A stretch of 64,000 nucleotides of DNA from Patescibacteria group bacterium (GTDB lineage: Bacteria > Patescibacteriota > UBA1384 > XYA2-FULL-43-10 > 1-14-0-10-43-13): NCBI GenBank assembly GCA_041671645.1, contig JBAZBD010000001.1, positions 543,234 through 607,233 of the forward strand, in the 5' to 3' direction. A program made the position numbers and the translations under genes. Under the pieces are notes generated by a model. That model was given only the letters and a program-made list of their open reading frames with translations. It searched no databases and was not told where the DNA came from. Positions 29,399 to 38,284 of the stretch are shown here, one piece after another (positions within the stretch are counted from its first letter, which is position 1; every line of letters begins with the position of its first letter).

Positions 29399-29821
29399 AT
29401 GAAAATGTTAATGTCAGCGCGCTTTGCGCGCAAAAGTTTCCTCTTTGCAGCCATTGGTTTCGTACTGTTTATACAGTGCGTCATCATCCTGCCAACAATG
29501 CCGGAATTAATTCCGGTAGCCTTCCCAGGCCTGATCATCAGCGCCGCCATAACTTTTCTCGGAATCTTAGGCATTATGCCGAGATTCTGTAAGAAGTCCG
29601 CCCTAGTGGGCGAATGGCTACGCCGATATGAAACTGGCCGAAAGGCCCGGACTGCTGCGCTCGTTCAGCGTATTACAGCCCGAAAGGCTCGGGAAGAAGA
29701 TTTCCGAAACGCAACTCTTGGCACATTGATCGCCAAGCTGCGCACCGCCGTCTTCTTCGCCTCAGTTAGACTGAGACGACTCAAATGGGCAAAGAATGCC
29801 CAATTGACCCTGCCCCTTTAG
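29399..29821 (+). CDS. Small hypothetical membrane protein
   Basis: 'MKMLMSARFARK...' with two TM helices and a basic C-terminus. AGGAGG lies 6 nt upstream. The gene has its own promoter and terminator. The track's minus ORF 29125..29574 that overlaps it is probably spurious. Confidence 0.5.
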   Translation: MKMLMSARFARKSFLFAAIGFVLFIQCVIILPTMPELIPVAFPGLIISAAITFLGILGIMPRFCKKSALVGEWLRRYETGRKARTAALVQRITARKAREEDFRNATLGTLIAKLRTAVFFASVRLRRLKWAKNAQLTLPL

Positions 29822-29851
29822 GGGCACAACCGACCCCCATATTGAGACAAG

Positions 29852-29884
29852 CCCCCAAGCTTCCTCAAGTGGGGGTTTTGTCAT
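29852..29884 (+). terminator. Rho-independent terminator
   Basis: GCCCCCAAGCTTCCTCAAGTGGGGG followed by TTTTGTC. An additional GC hairpin TGCCCCTTTAGGGGCA sits at the stop codon. Confidence 0.6.
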
Positions 29885-29932
29885 TTGTCAGAGATAATTT
29901 GTGACAACTCCCAGGAGTTCTTCCCTCACCAC

Positions 29933-29970
29933 TTCGTATGATAATGGTCGATCGACGAGAAACATACGAA
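29933..29970. promoter_or_regulatory. 38-bp palindromic repeat, copy 1 (candidate PaaX-like operator)
   Basis: TTCGTATG, 22 nt containing TCGATCGA, then CATACGAA. Lies just upstream of the PaaX-like gene. Confidence 0.5.
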
Positions 29971-30061
29971 TACATTATTTTACATTATGTTATAATATTT
30001 TATATACTTTCATGTCAGAAGGGTATGATTAATTGGATTACACGAAATAATTCCTTTGGGT

Positions 30062-30634
30062 ATGAGCAAACGCCAGATCAAACTCACGCGAACCGACAAA
30101 GTAATCAATTTTACTCTAGACTTTTTGAGTTATACTTTGAATTTTCTCGATACTATGTCTACGGCCATCCTTAGTCGCGAAGACGCCTATAAGATTTCAA
30201 GGCAGTTGTATAGCGGTGCGGATTTGGACAATTCTGACATCTCAAAATTTCTATATAGCTTACGGCGTAGCGGATATGTAGAGCAGAGTTCTCATGCCCA
30301 AAGTGGGTCATTGGTTATTACCAACAAGGCCAGATTGGCCGTTGTAGAAAAAGTAGCCTCCCTTATCCCGAATGATGATAAATTTCGTTTTGTGTCGTTC
30401 GATATCCCAGAAACAATGCGCCACAACCGAGATATGTTTCGACGAGTAATCAAGAGACTCGGACTCAAACAAATTCAAAAGAGCTTGTGGGTTTGCAAAA
30501 AAGACGTTGGTAAATATATCGAATTGGCGATGGACGAGTATGCCGTCAGCGAATATGTAATCTATATGGTCGTACTGTCGTCAAGTGCTGACGAGTTCAT
30601 CAACAATTTGCTAAAAGAAACTAAAGGGCAGTGA
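30062..30634 (+). CDS. PaaX-family-like regulator (wHTH + Cas2-like domain)
   Basis: N-terminal 'KFLYSLRRSGYVEQ' wHTH resembling PaaX. The segment 'FRFVSFDIPETMRHNRDMFRRVIKRLGLKQIQKSLWVC' matches the Cas2/PaaX-middle-domain pattern. ATG at 30062; the track starts at TTG 30056. Confidence 0.5.
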   Translation: MSKRQIKLTRTDKVINFTLDFLSYTLNFLDTMSTAILSREDAYKISRQLYSGADLDNSDISKFLYSLRRSGYVEQSSHAQSGSLVITNKARLAVVEKVASLIPNDDKFRFVSFDIPETMRHNRDMFRRVIKRLGLKQIQKSLWVCKKDVGKYIELAMDEYAVSEYVIYMVVLSSSADEFINNLLKETKGQ

Positions 30635-30662
30635 GAATTTTGCTTCCTAGATCTTGTTTTAC

Positions 30663-30700
30663 TTCGTATGAATATGGTCGATCGACGAGATTTGTACGAA
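30663..30700. repeat. 38-bp palindromic repeat, copy 2
   Basis: TTCGTATG, 22 nt, then GTACGAA. About 90% identical to copy 1. Lies immediately 3' of the PaaX-like gene. Confidence 0.5.
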
Positions 30701-30771
30701 TTAGTTTAGGAGATCAGAGACGTTATCGGATAGTTAAAAGTTCATCCTGATATGCGTTTCATTATAAATAG

Positions 30772-30835
30772 AGCTTCGTTCTGATGCGAGCCTCCTTATG
30801 ATTAGAGCATCATTACAGCTAGAGCATTATTCTGA
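30772..30835. repeat. Degenerate tandem copies of the 3' terminus of the U32 peptidase gene
   Basis: Units of the form TAGAGC(T/A)TC(A/G)TTCTGA(T/C) occur three times downstream of the stop. The fourth copy encodes the true C-terminus 'IRMKL*'. Confidence 0.5.
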
Positions 30836-32071
30836 CTAGAGCTTCATTCTGATGAGTGCGTCTGCGCAGACTGGCTTATCTAATGGAATTTCAACGATGT
30901 AGCCAGAGTGGGCTACTTCGAGAACTTCACCATCGCGAATTATTTGAGTAATCTTGGATTTAACAATACCTTCTGGTGCCAGAATCTCGATCTCGGCTCC
31001 TACTGGCAGGAAATTCTTGGCTTCAAATTTGAGAAGCTTGGCCTCTTTGTCGTAAGAGATAACTCGGCCGACATAGCCCCATTCGCTCTTGGTCTTGGCA
31101 CTAGCATAGTTGTTGGTATCTTTGTCGGGTTCGTTGTAATAAAAACCGGTCGTCAATCCCCTATTAGCCGCTTTGGACACATCTTCGAGTAGTTCAGCCT
31201 TGGCTGACTGATATTGAGCTGGATCGCTGAATAATAGATCTATGGCTTTACGATAAGCGCCGACGACGGTGGCGACATAATATTCTGATTTGAGTCTACC
31301 CTCGATCTTGAGTGAGATCACGCCTGATTTCACAATGTCATCGAGATGGTCGATCATGCAAAGATCCTTGGAATTCAAGATGTGAGTCCCCTCTTCATCT
31401 TCGTAAATTGGGAAAAGCTCGCCTGGGCGATACTCCTCTTCGAGCGCATACATTTTGTATTTAAATCTACAGGCTTGGATACAAGCGCCTTTGTTGGGGT
31501 CTCTTCCAGCAAAATAGTTGGAAATCTGGCAACGGCCAGAATGTGCCATACACATCGCGCCGTGGACGAATGTCTCAATCTGCAGATTTGGCACCGTTTT
31601 GTGTATGAGGGCGATATCCTTGAGACTTAATTCTCTAGCTAAGACTAAGCGTTCTATCCCCTGATCTGCCCAAAACTGAGCTGAGAGCTGGTTGGTCGTA
31701 TTAGCTTGGGTAGAGAGATGGACTGGAATATCGAAGTTATCGAGTACAAACTTCATCACGCCTGGATCGGCGACAATGAAGGCGTCAGGCTTGAGTTCTG
31801 CAATTTTGGCGACATGCTCCCCTAGCTTCTCAATTTCGGTCGAATGTGGGAAGGAGTTGAGCGTGACATAGACTTTCTTGTTGAGCGAATGAGCGTATTC
31901 GATTCCCTCGCCCAATGATTTTATATCAAATCCAACCCTGGAGCGCATCGCAAAAGCGGGCGTACCGCAATAAACTGCGTCAGCGCCGTACATGAAGGCA
32001 ATTTTGAGTATATCTAGTGTTCCTGCTGGAGCGAGAAGCTCTGGCTTTCCTGTATTGATTTTCATAGACAT
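30836..32071 (-). CDS. Peptidase U32 family protein
   Basis: 'LLAPAGTLDILKIAFMYGADAVY' N-terminus and conserved Cys cluster 'CMAHSGRCQ...CIQACRF'. Confidence 0.85.
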   Translation of the reverse strand: MSMKINTGKPELLAPAGTLDILKIAFMYGADAVYCGTPAFAMRSRVGFDIKSLGEGIEYAHSLNKKVYVTLNSFPHSTEIEKLGEHVAKIAELKPDAFIVADPGVMKFVLDNFDIPVHLSTQANTTNQLSAQFWADQGIERLVLARELSLKDIALIHKTVPNLQIETFVHGAMCMAHSGRCQISNYFAGRDPNKGACIQACRFKYKMYALEEEYRPGELFPIYEDEEGTHILNSKDLCMIDHLDDIVKSGVISLKIEGRLKSEYYVATVVGAYRKAIDLLFSDPAQYQSAKAELLEDVSKAANRGLTTGFYYNEPDKDTNNYASAKTKSEWGYVGRVISYDKEAKLLKFEAKNFLPVGAEIEILAPEGIVKSKITQIIRDGEVLEVAHSGYIVEIPLDKPVCADALIRMKL

Positions 32072-32117
32072 TACAGTATCACAAAATCGCTGGTTTGGCG
32101 AGATTGTGATGAGAACT

Positions 32118-32951
32118 CTATCCCGATTTGAGACGGTCTAGAAGCATGAGAAACATAAATTTGGGGAGGGCCATTTGACGGAATAATCGTTTGGGTTCGA
32201 TGATCAAGCGGAAAAGCCACTCGAGTCCAGCATGTTGCATCCAGCTCGGCGCACGCGGTACGACTCTGGCCACAAAATCAAAAGTTCCGCCCAATCCTAT
32301 TCCGATCTTGGCGCCAGTCGCCTTCAGATTCTCAACAAGCCATTCTTCCTGGAGAGGTGCACCTAGGCAAACAAGAAGAATTTCTGATCGAGATTTCTTG
32401 ACTGCCTCAACGACTTCATCTGATTTGGAAAGGTCGCCCGACATCATGCCGCCGATTCTGAGGCCTAGGATTTCTGTTTGGAGACGCAGGGCGGCTTGCT
32501 CGGCAACGGTAGGCCCACCACCAAAGAGGAATAGCTTGTATCTTTTCACTGCCGCTAAGCGAGACAGGTCCCAGATGAAGTCCGAGCCAGAAAGTTTAGA
32601 TTTGATCGGATAATGATAGGCCCTGGTCGCAAGAGGTAGTATTAGAATCGAGAAAATCCATTCCAACAGAACGATGATTTGGCGGAGTCCAGGAGTTTTT
32701 GGCGCCCATAGTGTCTGGAAACGACCAGCCCAGAGCAGGCCGTAGCTATCGGGCAAATTGAGCGCTGATTTGTCGTTGAGCATTTCGCGGAAATGGTCAT
32801 CTCCCTGAGCTTTGATAATCATCTCTGTGTTTGGAGTTGCGATGAAGGCGGCTCGTGAGCGGCCGATAATTTCCTCAACCGAAGAGAGGGCCTCTTCCTT
32901 GGTCAGAGAATCAATTTTGATACCCAAAATTTTGGTAATATCGCGTTTCAT
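32118..32951 (-). CDS. WecB/TagA/CpsF family glycosyltransferase
   Basis: 'ILLVCLGAPLQEEWL' and 'LEWLFRLIIEPKRLFRQ', characteristic of GT26 enzymes. Confidence 0.8.
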   Translation of the reverse strand: MKRDITKILGIKIDSLTKEEALSSVEEIIGRSRAAFIATPNTEMIIKAQGDDHFREMLNDKSALNLPDSYGLLWAGRFQTLWAPKTPGLRQIIVLLEWIFSILILPLATRAYHYPIKSKLSGSDFIWDLSRLAAVKRYKLFLFGGGPTVAEQAALRLQTEILGLRIGGMMSGDLSKSDEVVEAVKKSRSEILLVCLGAPLQEEWLVENLKATGAKIGIGLGGTFDFVARVVPRAPSWMQHAGLEWLFRLIIEPKRLFRQMALPKFMFLMLLDRLKSG

Positions 32952-34078
32952 TTCTTGTTTGATTCTATATATTTCTTGTATTCTGATACTACCTTATCGC
33001 TAATCATCTTTTTGAACTCTTCTTTGCTAAATTTCTCGGCTTGAGAACGACAACCCTCTGGCGTAAAGTCCGAGTAGTCTTGTTCAAGGCTTTGAATTGC
33101 AGAGTTGAGCGATTCTATAGTTTGCTCTTCGAAAAATATACCGGTCTTGCTAGGGATGATTGTTTCGAGCGTTCCGCCCTTCTTGTAAGCAATGACAGGT
33201 CTGCCGGCGGCCATTGATTCTACTGGTGTGATGCCAAAATCGTCTTCGCCAGGGAAGATGAAGGCTTTGGCGCGAGCGAAATAGTCGTATAGCTCCTGGC
33301 CGTATTTCGGACCGACAAATTGAACGTTTTTCTTCGCAATCGATGATAAATATTCGAATTGTGACCCCTCTCCGACGACGATTAATTGTCTGCCAGATTG
33401 GTTGAAGGCTTCGACAGCAAGATCAATCTTCTTGTAAGGCTCAAGCCGTGAGGCGATCAGGTAAAAATCTTCGGGAGCTTCGCCGTTTGGCTTGATTTCC
33501 TCGACGCTAACTGGAGGATATATCACAGACGAGTCTTGGCGGTAGTATTTCCGAATTCTTTGTTTCACATTGTCAGAGTTTGCTATCCAAGAGTCAACGC
33601 GCTCCGAGGAAGCTCGATCCCAGATCCTGATATTGTGAATTAGTATTCTAGCGATCAAACCCTTGAGTCCATGATCAACACCGCTTTCTTTCAGATATTC
33701 ATGGCACCAATCCCAGGCATATCGCATCGGAGTGTGGCAATAGCAAATATGGAAAGTGTCAGGCTTCGTAATCGCGCCGTGAGCGAAGGAATCATTGGAT
33801 GATATGACGACGTCATACTCTGACAAATCAAATTCCTCAATCGCTTTCGGGAAGCTTGGCAAGAGAAATTTGAGGCGATTGCGCAAAAAGGCAGGTTTTT
33901 TCTGCAAGGAGCTTGGGATTATTTTGCGATTTTTGAATTTGCCGAGTGTCCCCTCTTCATCATAGAGCAAACAGAAAATCGGAGCTTCTGGATAAAGTTC
34001 GCTGATTGAAAGAAGGACTTGTTGGGCACCACCAAACTTGGTCAGGAAATCACAAACTATGGCAACTTTTGGTTTCAT
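32948..34078 (-). CDS. Glycosyltransferase family 4
   Basis: GT-B fold 'EPYKKIDLAVEAF' and E-x7-E region. Start at 'MKPKVAIVCDF' (34078), adjacent to the upstream gene's stop. Confidence 0.8.
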   Translation of the reverse strand: MKPKVAIVCDFLTKFGGAQQVLLSISELYPEAPIFCLLYDEEGTLGKFKNRKIIPSSLQKKPAFLRNRLKFLLPSFPKAIEEFDLSEYDVVISSNDSFAHGAITKPDTFHICYCHTPMRYAWDWCHEYLKESGVDHGLKGLIARILIHNIRIWDRASSERVDSWIANSDNVKQRIRKYYRQDSSVIYPPVSVEEIKPNGEAPEDFYLIASRLEPYKKIDLAVEAFNQSGRQLIVVGEGSQFEYLSSIAKKNVQFVGPKYGQELYDYFARAKAFIFPGEDDFGITPVESMAAGRPVIAYKKGGTLETIIPSKTGIFFEEQTIESLNSAIQSLEQDYSDFTPEGCRSQAEKFSKEEFKKMISDKVVSEYKKYIESNKK

Positions 34079-35163
34079 AAGCTTTCCAATTCGTTTAAAA
34101 ATTCTTTGGCTGTCTTCTCCCATGAAAAATCCTTGGCCCGCTCCAGAGCTAGCCCCTGGTAGTGCTTCTTCGTCTCGGGATGCTGGATCAGATAATTAAT
34201 CCCTTCTGCTATGTCGTCAACATCGAGCGGATTGACATAGACAGCAGCCTCACCAGCGACCTCAGGAAGGGACGAAGACTTGGCCGCCACAACTGCCGCT
34301 CCGCAGGCCATCGCCTCGAGAACTGGTAGCCCAAATCCTTCATAAAGAGTTGGGAAGACGACGAAATCAGCCTTAGCGATCAAATCAGGCATTTGAGCAT
34401 GTGAAATGTGCCCAGGCATGATAATTTCATTTATATATTTGCGGTCTGAGACGATCGCTTGGTATATCTTGGAATAGTTGTAGCCAGGAGAGCCAGCCAA
34501 TACCAGCTTTTGAGGGATATTTGACTCGGCTTTGACCTTCAAAAACGCCTCAACTAGTCGTTTGACATTTTTTCTTTCCTCAAGCCTGCCAGCGAAAAGA
34601 ATATAGGGGCCGTCTGTTTTGAGGACGTCCTTGGGCTTTTCAATCGAGTGAAAGACTTCTGGGTCGTACCCTAGGTGGATTACCTTGATTTTGCTTTTTG
34701 ATTCGGGATAAAAATCAAGCACGTCCGTCTTGGTCGATTCGCTAACGCAGATTATCTTCTTCGCCTTGGCATTAACGTTTGACAATACCCCGTTCTGTCT
34801 TCTGTTTTCTAATCCGCTATAAGCCTCTGGAAAGTATTTGTAGGCCAAATCGTGGATTACGCCGATAGTCTTCTCTGGGGCAAACATTGGGATCCCATCG
34901 AGTGGTTGGAGATAAACGTCCGGTTTATTTTGACGCAAGAGCAATGGAAGAACGATCTTGTTCCACGGCCGAGAGAATTTCGATTTTATCTGAACGACAT
35001 TTTTATGCTTGATGATTTGATCTGGCAGATCATTGGCCGCGAAAAGGTAATAAGTATTTTGAGCGTCGATTTTGAGCAAATTCAAAATGAGTTCGAAAAC
35101 AAAGTTTTCAATTCCAGTTCGATTCTTGGCCGTTGCCTTGTTTGCGTCGATTCCAATAATCAT
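34075..35163 (-). CDS. Glycosyltransferase family 4
   Basis: 'FPTLYEGFGLPVLEAMACGAAVV' GT4 signature. Confidence 0.85.
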   Translation of the reverse strand: MIIGIDANKATAKNRTGIENFVFELILNLLKIDAQNTYYLFAANDLPDQIIKHKNVVQIKSKFSRPWNKIVLPLLLRQNKPDVYLQPLDGIPMFAPEKTIGVIHDLAYKYFPEAYSGLENRRQNGVLSNVNAKAKKIICVSESTKTDVLDFYPESKSKIKVIHLGYDPEVFHSIEKPKDVLKTDGPYILFAGRLEERKNVKRLVEAFLKVKAESNIPQKLVLAGSPGYNYSKIYQAIVSDRKYINEIIMPGHISHAQMPDLIAKADFVVFPTLYEGFGLPVLEAMACGAAVVAAKSSSLPEVAGEAAVYVNPLDVDDIAEGINYLIQHPETKKHYQGLALERAKDFSWEKTAKEFLNELESL

Positions 35164-35174
35164 ATTAGTGAAAA

Positions 35175-36194
35175 TTAATTCTTAGACCACAGTACCGAAC
35201 GCTTGAACGCCTCTAGGTTTTCCAGAGCGATGCCGGAGCCCTTGACCACACATTCGGTCGGATTATTCGCTATCTCGCAAGGAACACCTGTAACCTTGGT
35301 AAGTAGCGTGTCCAAACTTCGAAGTTGTGCTCCCCCACCGGTTAGGATAATGCCTTTGTCCATCACGTCTGAGGCAAGTTCCGGCGGAGTTTTTTGAAGT
35401 ACATCCTTCACCGCGTTAATAATCTCGAGCAATGGCGCCTTGACGGCAGAAACCGTTTCTTCATATGAAATAATTATACTCTCAGGTAGGCCAGAAATGG
35501 TATTGGAGCCAGAAACTTCCATTTTCAGCTCTTTTTTTAAGGTTTGGGCAGAACCAATTCTGATCTTGATCTCTTCGGCTGTCTGATCGCCGATAATCAA
35601 ATTGTGTTTTTTGCGAATGTAATTCGCGATTGCCGCGTCGAACTTATTGCCACCGACCCGTACAGAGGTCGAAGCGACGACATCGCCAAGTGAAATAACA
35701 GCAACTTCGCTCGTGCCACCGCCGATATCGATGATCATGCTACCTGATGGGGTTGCGATAGGAATACCAGCGCCTAAAGCGGCGGCGACTGGTTGCTTGA
35801 TCAGGAATGTTTGTTTGGCGCCAGCCTGATTGCAAGCGTCGATCACCGCTCTCCGCTCAGTAGAGGTCACGCCTGCCGGGATAGAGACCATGATGTCAGG
35901 CTTGAAAAGGCGGATTGAACCGCTAACCTTGTTGATAAAATATCGAAGCATCGCCTCAGCAATTCGAAAATTTGCAATTACTCCGTCGCGTAGAGGTGAA
36001 GCGGCGATGATACTTTCGGGCGTACGACCAATCATCTTCTTGGCCTCTTCACCGATTGCCATTATCTTGTTGTCAGCAGCCTGGAGAGCGACAACGCTGG
36101 GCTCACTGATAATAATCCCCTTCTTGGGAATGTAAACGCGAATATTGTTCGTGCCCAAGTCTATTGCAATTTTTCTAATCATTGTCCTCTTCAA
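35175..36194 (-). CDS. mreB: Rod shape-determining protein MreB
   Basis: Actin-fold motifs 'IDLGTNNIRVY', 'DIGGGTSEVAV', 'VLTGGGAQL'. Confidence 0.9.
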   Translation of the reverse strand: MKRTMIRKIAIDLGTNNIRVYIPKKGIIISEPSVVALQAADNKIMAIGEEAKKMIGRTPESIIAASPLRDGVIANFRIAEAMLRYFINKVSGSIRLFKPDIMVSIPAGVTSTERRAVIDACNQAGAKQTFLIKQPVAAALGAGIPIATPSGSMIIDIGGGTSEVAVISLGDVVASTSVRVGGNKFDAAIANYIRKKHNLIIGDQTAEEIKIRIGSAQTLKKELKMEVSGSNTISGLPESIIISYEETVSAVKAPLLEIINAVKDVLQKTPPELASDVMDKGIILTGGGAQLRSLDTLLTKVTGVPCEIANNPTECVVKGSGIALENLEAFKRSVLWSKN

Positions 36195-37458
36195 TCACCG
36201 AAATACGTTCGATATCCGCCCCAACCGTTCTTAGTTTCTGATCGATCATTTCATAACCGCGGTCGATATATTCGATGTCTTCGATTACAGTCTTTCCTTC
36301 CGCCGCCAGTGCCGCCGCGACAAGAGAGGCACCGCCTCTGATATCTTTGCTTGAGATTCTAGCGCCCACAAGCTTGTTTGGCCCATCTACTACAAATTCA
36401 TGCGGATTCAGTATCAAAGTTTTGCCACGAAGCAGTTGAAGCTCCTCAACTGAAGCAAAGCGACCCTCATAGATAGTTTCAAAAATTCGAGATCTGCCCT
36501 CGGCCTGTGTCATCAAAACCGCGTAAAAGGACTGGAGATCGGTTGGGAACCCTGGGTATGTCCGCGTATCAATATCCTGAGCGATTAATTTGCCATGCTT
36601 TTCAGTTTGAATATATGACTTCCCCTCACGAGTGATGATCTTAAATTTTGCCCCGACATCTTTGAGCTTTTTGAAAACTAGACTTAATGTATCGGGCGCA
36701 ATCGGTCCGATTGTCAACTCTGAGTTGGTCAAAATTGCGATTATCAAATATGTGCCTGCCTCAATCCGATCTGGGATAATATCGTATGGTACGCCGTGCA
36801 AGGAGCTTACACCTTCAATTGTGATATCGTGGGTGCCGGCACCAGTGATTTTGGCGCCCATCTTGTTGAGATAATTAGCCAAGTCAGCGATTTCTGGCTC
36901 TGCTGCGGCAACGTGAATACGCGTTGTGCCTTTTGACAAAACTGTGGCCAAAATGGCATTTTCGGTTGCCGTGACGCTCATCTTGCCCAAAACAACTTCG
37001 CCAGCCTTTGGCTTGCCCTTCAAGTAGTATCTTCCAGCACTGTACTTGACCGAAACACCAAGCTGACGAAAGACATCGAGATGATCGTCAATCGGTCTAG
37101 CACCGATCAAGCAGCCACCTGGCTGGCTAATAACTGCATTCCCGTACTTGGCCAATAATGCTCCGACCAAAACGATGGAGCCCCGAAGTTTCTTGATTAG
37201 ATTCTCATCAGGATGGCTTGAATTCATTTTCTTCGGATCAATGTCAACTACACCCTTTGAAAAATTGATTTCAACGCCAATGCTACGCAAAATCTCAATC
37301 ATCTTGTCGATGTCGATAATCTTGGGGACATTGGATATTTGCGATGGTGAATCAGCCAAAATAGCGGCTGGCAGGATCTTCAGCGCAGAATTTTTGGCAC
37401 CTCCGATTTTAATCGAACCGCTAAGTTGATTGCCGCTCTTTATAATGAAATAGGCCAT
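36175..37458 (-). CDS. murA: UDP-N-acetylglucosamine 1-carboxyvinyltransferase
   Basis: EPT-fold sequence 'KIGGAKNSALKILPAAILA', 427 aa. Confidence 0.9.
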   Translation of the reverse strand: MAYFIIKSGNQLSGSIKIGGAKNSALKILPAAILADSPSQISNVPKIIDIDKMIEILRSIGVEINFSKGVVDIDPKKMNSSHPDENLIKKLRGSIVLVGALLAKYGNAVISQPGGCLIGARPIDDHLDVFRQLGVSVKYSAGRYYLKGKPKAGEVVLGKMSVTATENAILATVLSKGTTRIHVAAAEPEIADLANYLNKMGAKITGAGTHDITIEGVSSLHGVPYDIIPDRIEAGTYLIIAILTNSELTIGPIAPDTLSLVFKKLKDVGAKFKIITREGKSYIQTEKHGKLIAQDIDTRTYPGFPTDLQSFYAVLMTQAEGRSRIFETIYEGRFASVEELQLLRGKTLILNPHEFVVDGPNKLVGARISSKDIRGGASLVAAALAAEGKTVIEDIEYIDRGYEMIDQKLRTVGADIERISVIEEDND

Positions 37459-37535
37459 TTGTTTCCTTAATTAATTCTAGCTTCCACTGCTATTTTATGG
37501 TAAAATCGTCTAAGATTCAATATTAAAATATTTTT

Positions 37536-38273
37536 ATGACTACAACAGAACATTTGGTCGCGAATAACAGACGCACAAGAGATCTCCCGAAAATTATCTT
37601 TGGTCAGACCGCATTTGCCCTTTTAATCACATTCGTGGCTCTCTCGATCGCGTTTTACGCTCAGGGTTATCGTTATGATTTCAAAAATCTTAAGTTGATC
37701 AATACTGGAGTCCTTGTTCTGGAATACCAGCCACGCGACTCTATGGTTTATATAAATGACAAGCAGATCAGCGCTATAAGCGGCAATATCGCCAAGAATT
37801 ATCGACCCGGAATGTATAGCATCAGGGTATCAAAGGCAAATTACACTTCATATGAGCAGGAAACCAAGGTATCTCCGCGATCTGTCACGATTTTCGATAA
37901 AGTGACACTCTTTTTGACCAATCCTGTCATCTCTCCGCTTTCCGATCAAAGCAAGCTTAATCTCCTGTCTGCCCCTTCTGAGGATTTGACAAATTCAAAC
38001 GTTCTGTCGCACAGCAAATACGAAATTTGGAGTGGCGATCGACTTATAACCCGGTTTGCCGCCCCGATTGATAAAGCCATATGGTACACCGATCTCCGCC
38101 ACATAGTTTACAAGCAAGGTGACGAGATCCGAGTCATCGGTGACGACGGCAAAAACGATACGCTATTAATCAAGCTCACAAGTAGCACAAACATCAAATT
38201 CGTGATCAGCAGCCGCGGCGATGAAATCTACTACCAAGAATCTGGCAAGAATTACCAGGCAATTATCAAGTAG
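37536..38273 (+). CDS. PEGA domain membrane protein
   Basis: Single TM helix, then 'YINDKQI...PGMYSIRVSKANYTSYEQETKV' PEGA-like beta-sandwich. Confidence 0.5.
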   Translation: MTTTEHLVANNRRTRDLPKIIFGQTAFALLITFVALSIAFYAQGYRYDFKNLKLINTGVLVLEYQPRDSMVYINDKQISAISGNIAKNYRPGMYSIRVSKANYTSYEQETKVSPRSVTIFDKVTLFLTNPVISPLSDQSKLNLLSAPSEDLTNSNVLSHSKYEIWSGDRLITRFAAPIDKAIWYTDLRHIVYKQGDEIRVIGDDGKNDTLLIKLTSSTNIKFVISSRGDEIYYQESGKNYQAIIK

Positions 38274-38284
38274 TTCTATAGTTT

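Noticed and set aside
29125-29574. 149-aa minus-strand ORF overlapping pyk and the plus-strand membrane gene
   Set aside because: No RBS, a low-complexity product, and it is antisense to a much better supported plus-strand gene with promoter, SD and terminator.
29938-30174. 78-aa plus ORF starting inside the palindromic repeat
   Set aside because: It starts inside the operator-like repeat and is out of frame with and overlapped by the PaaX-like CDS. Its composition is dominated by AT-rich leader sequence.
30056-30634. CRISPR-associated Cas2 call for the protein with the 'FDIP...R..RV.K.LG...Q.S.W.C' motif
   Set aside because: The motif is Cas2-like, but it sits in the middle of a wHTH protein with PaaX-like N-terminus. 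There is no cas1, no other cas genes and no CRISPR array nearby. It is better explained as a PaaX-family regulator.
30772-30835. Short tandem repeats (and those at 59629-59664) as CRISPR arrays
   Set aside because: Units are only 9-17 nt, directly abutting with no unique spacers, and degenerate. They are not CRISPR-like.
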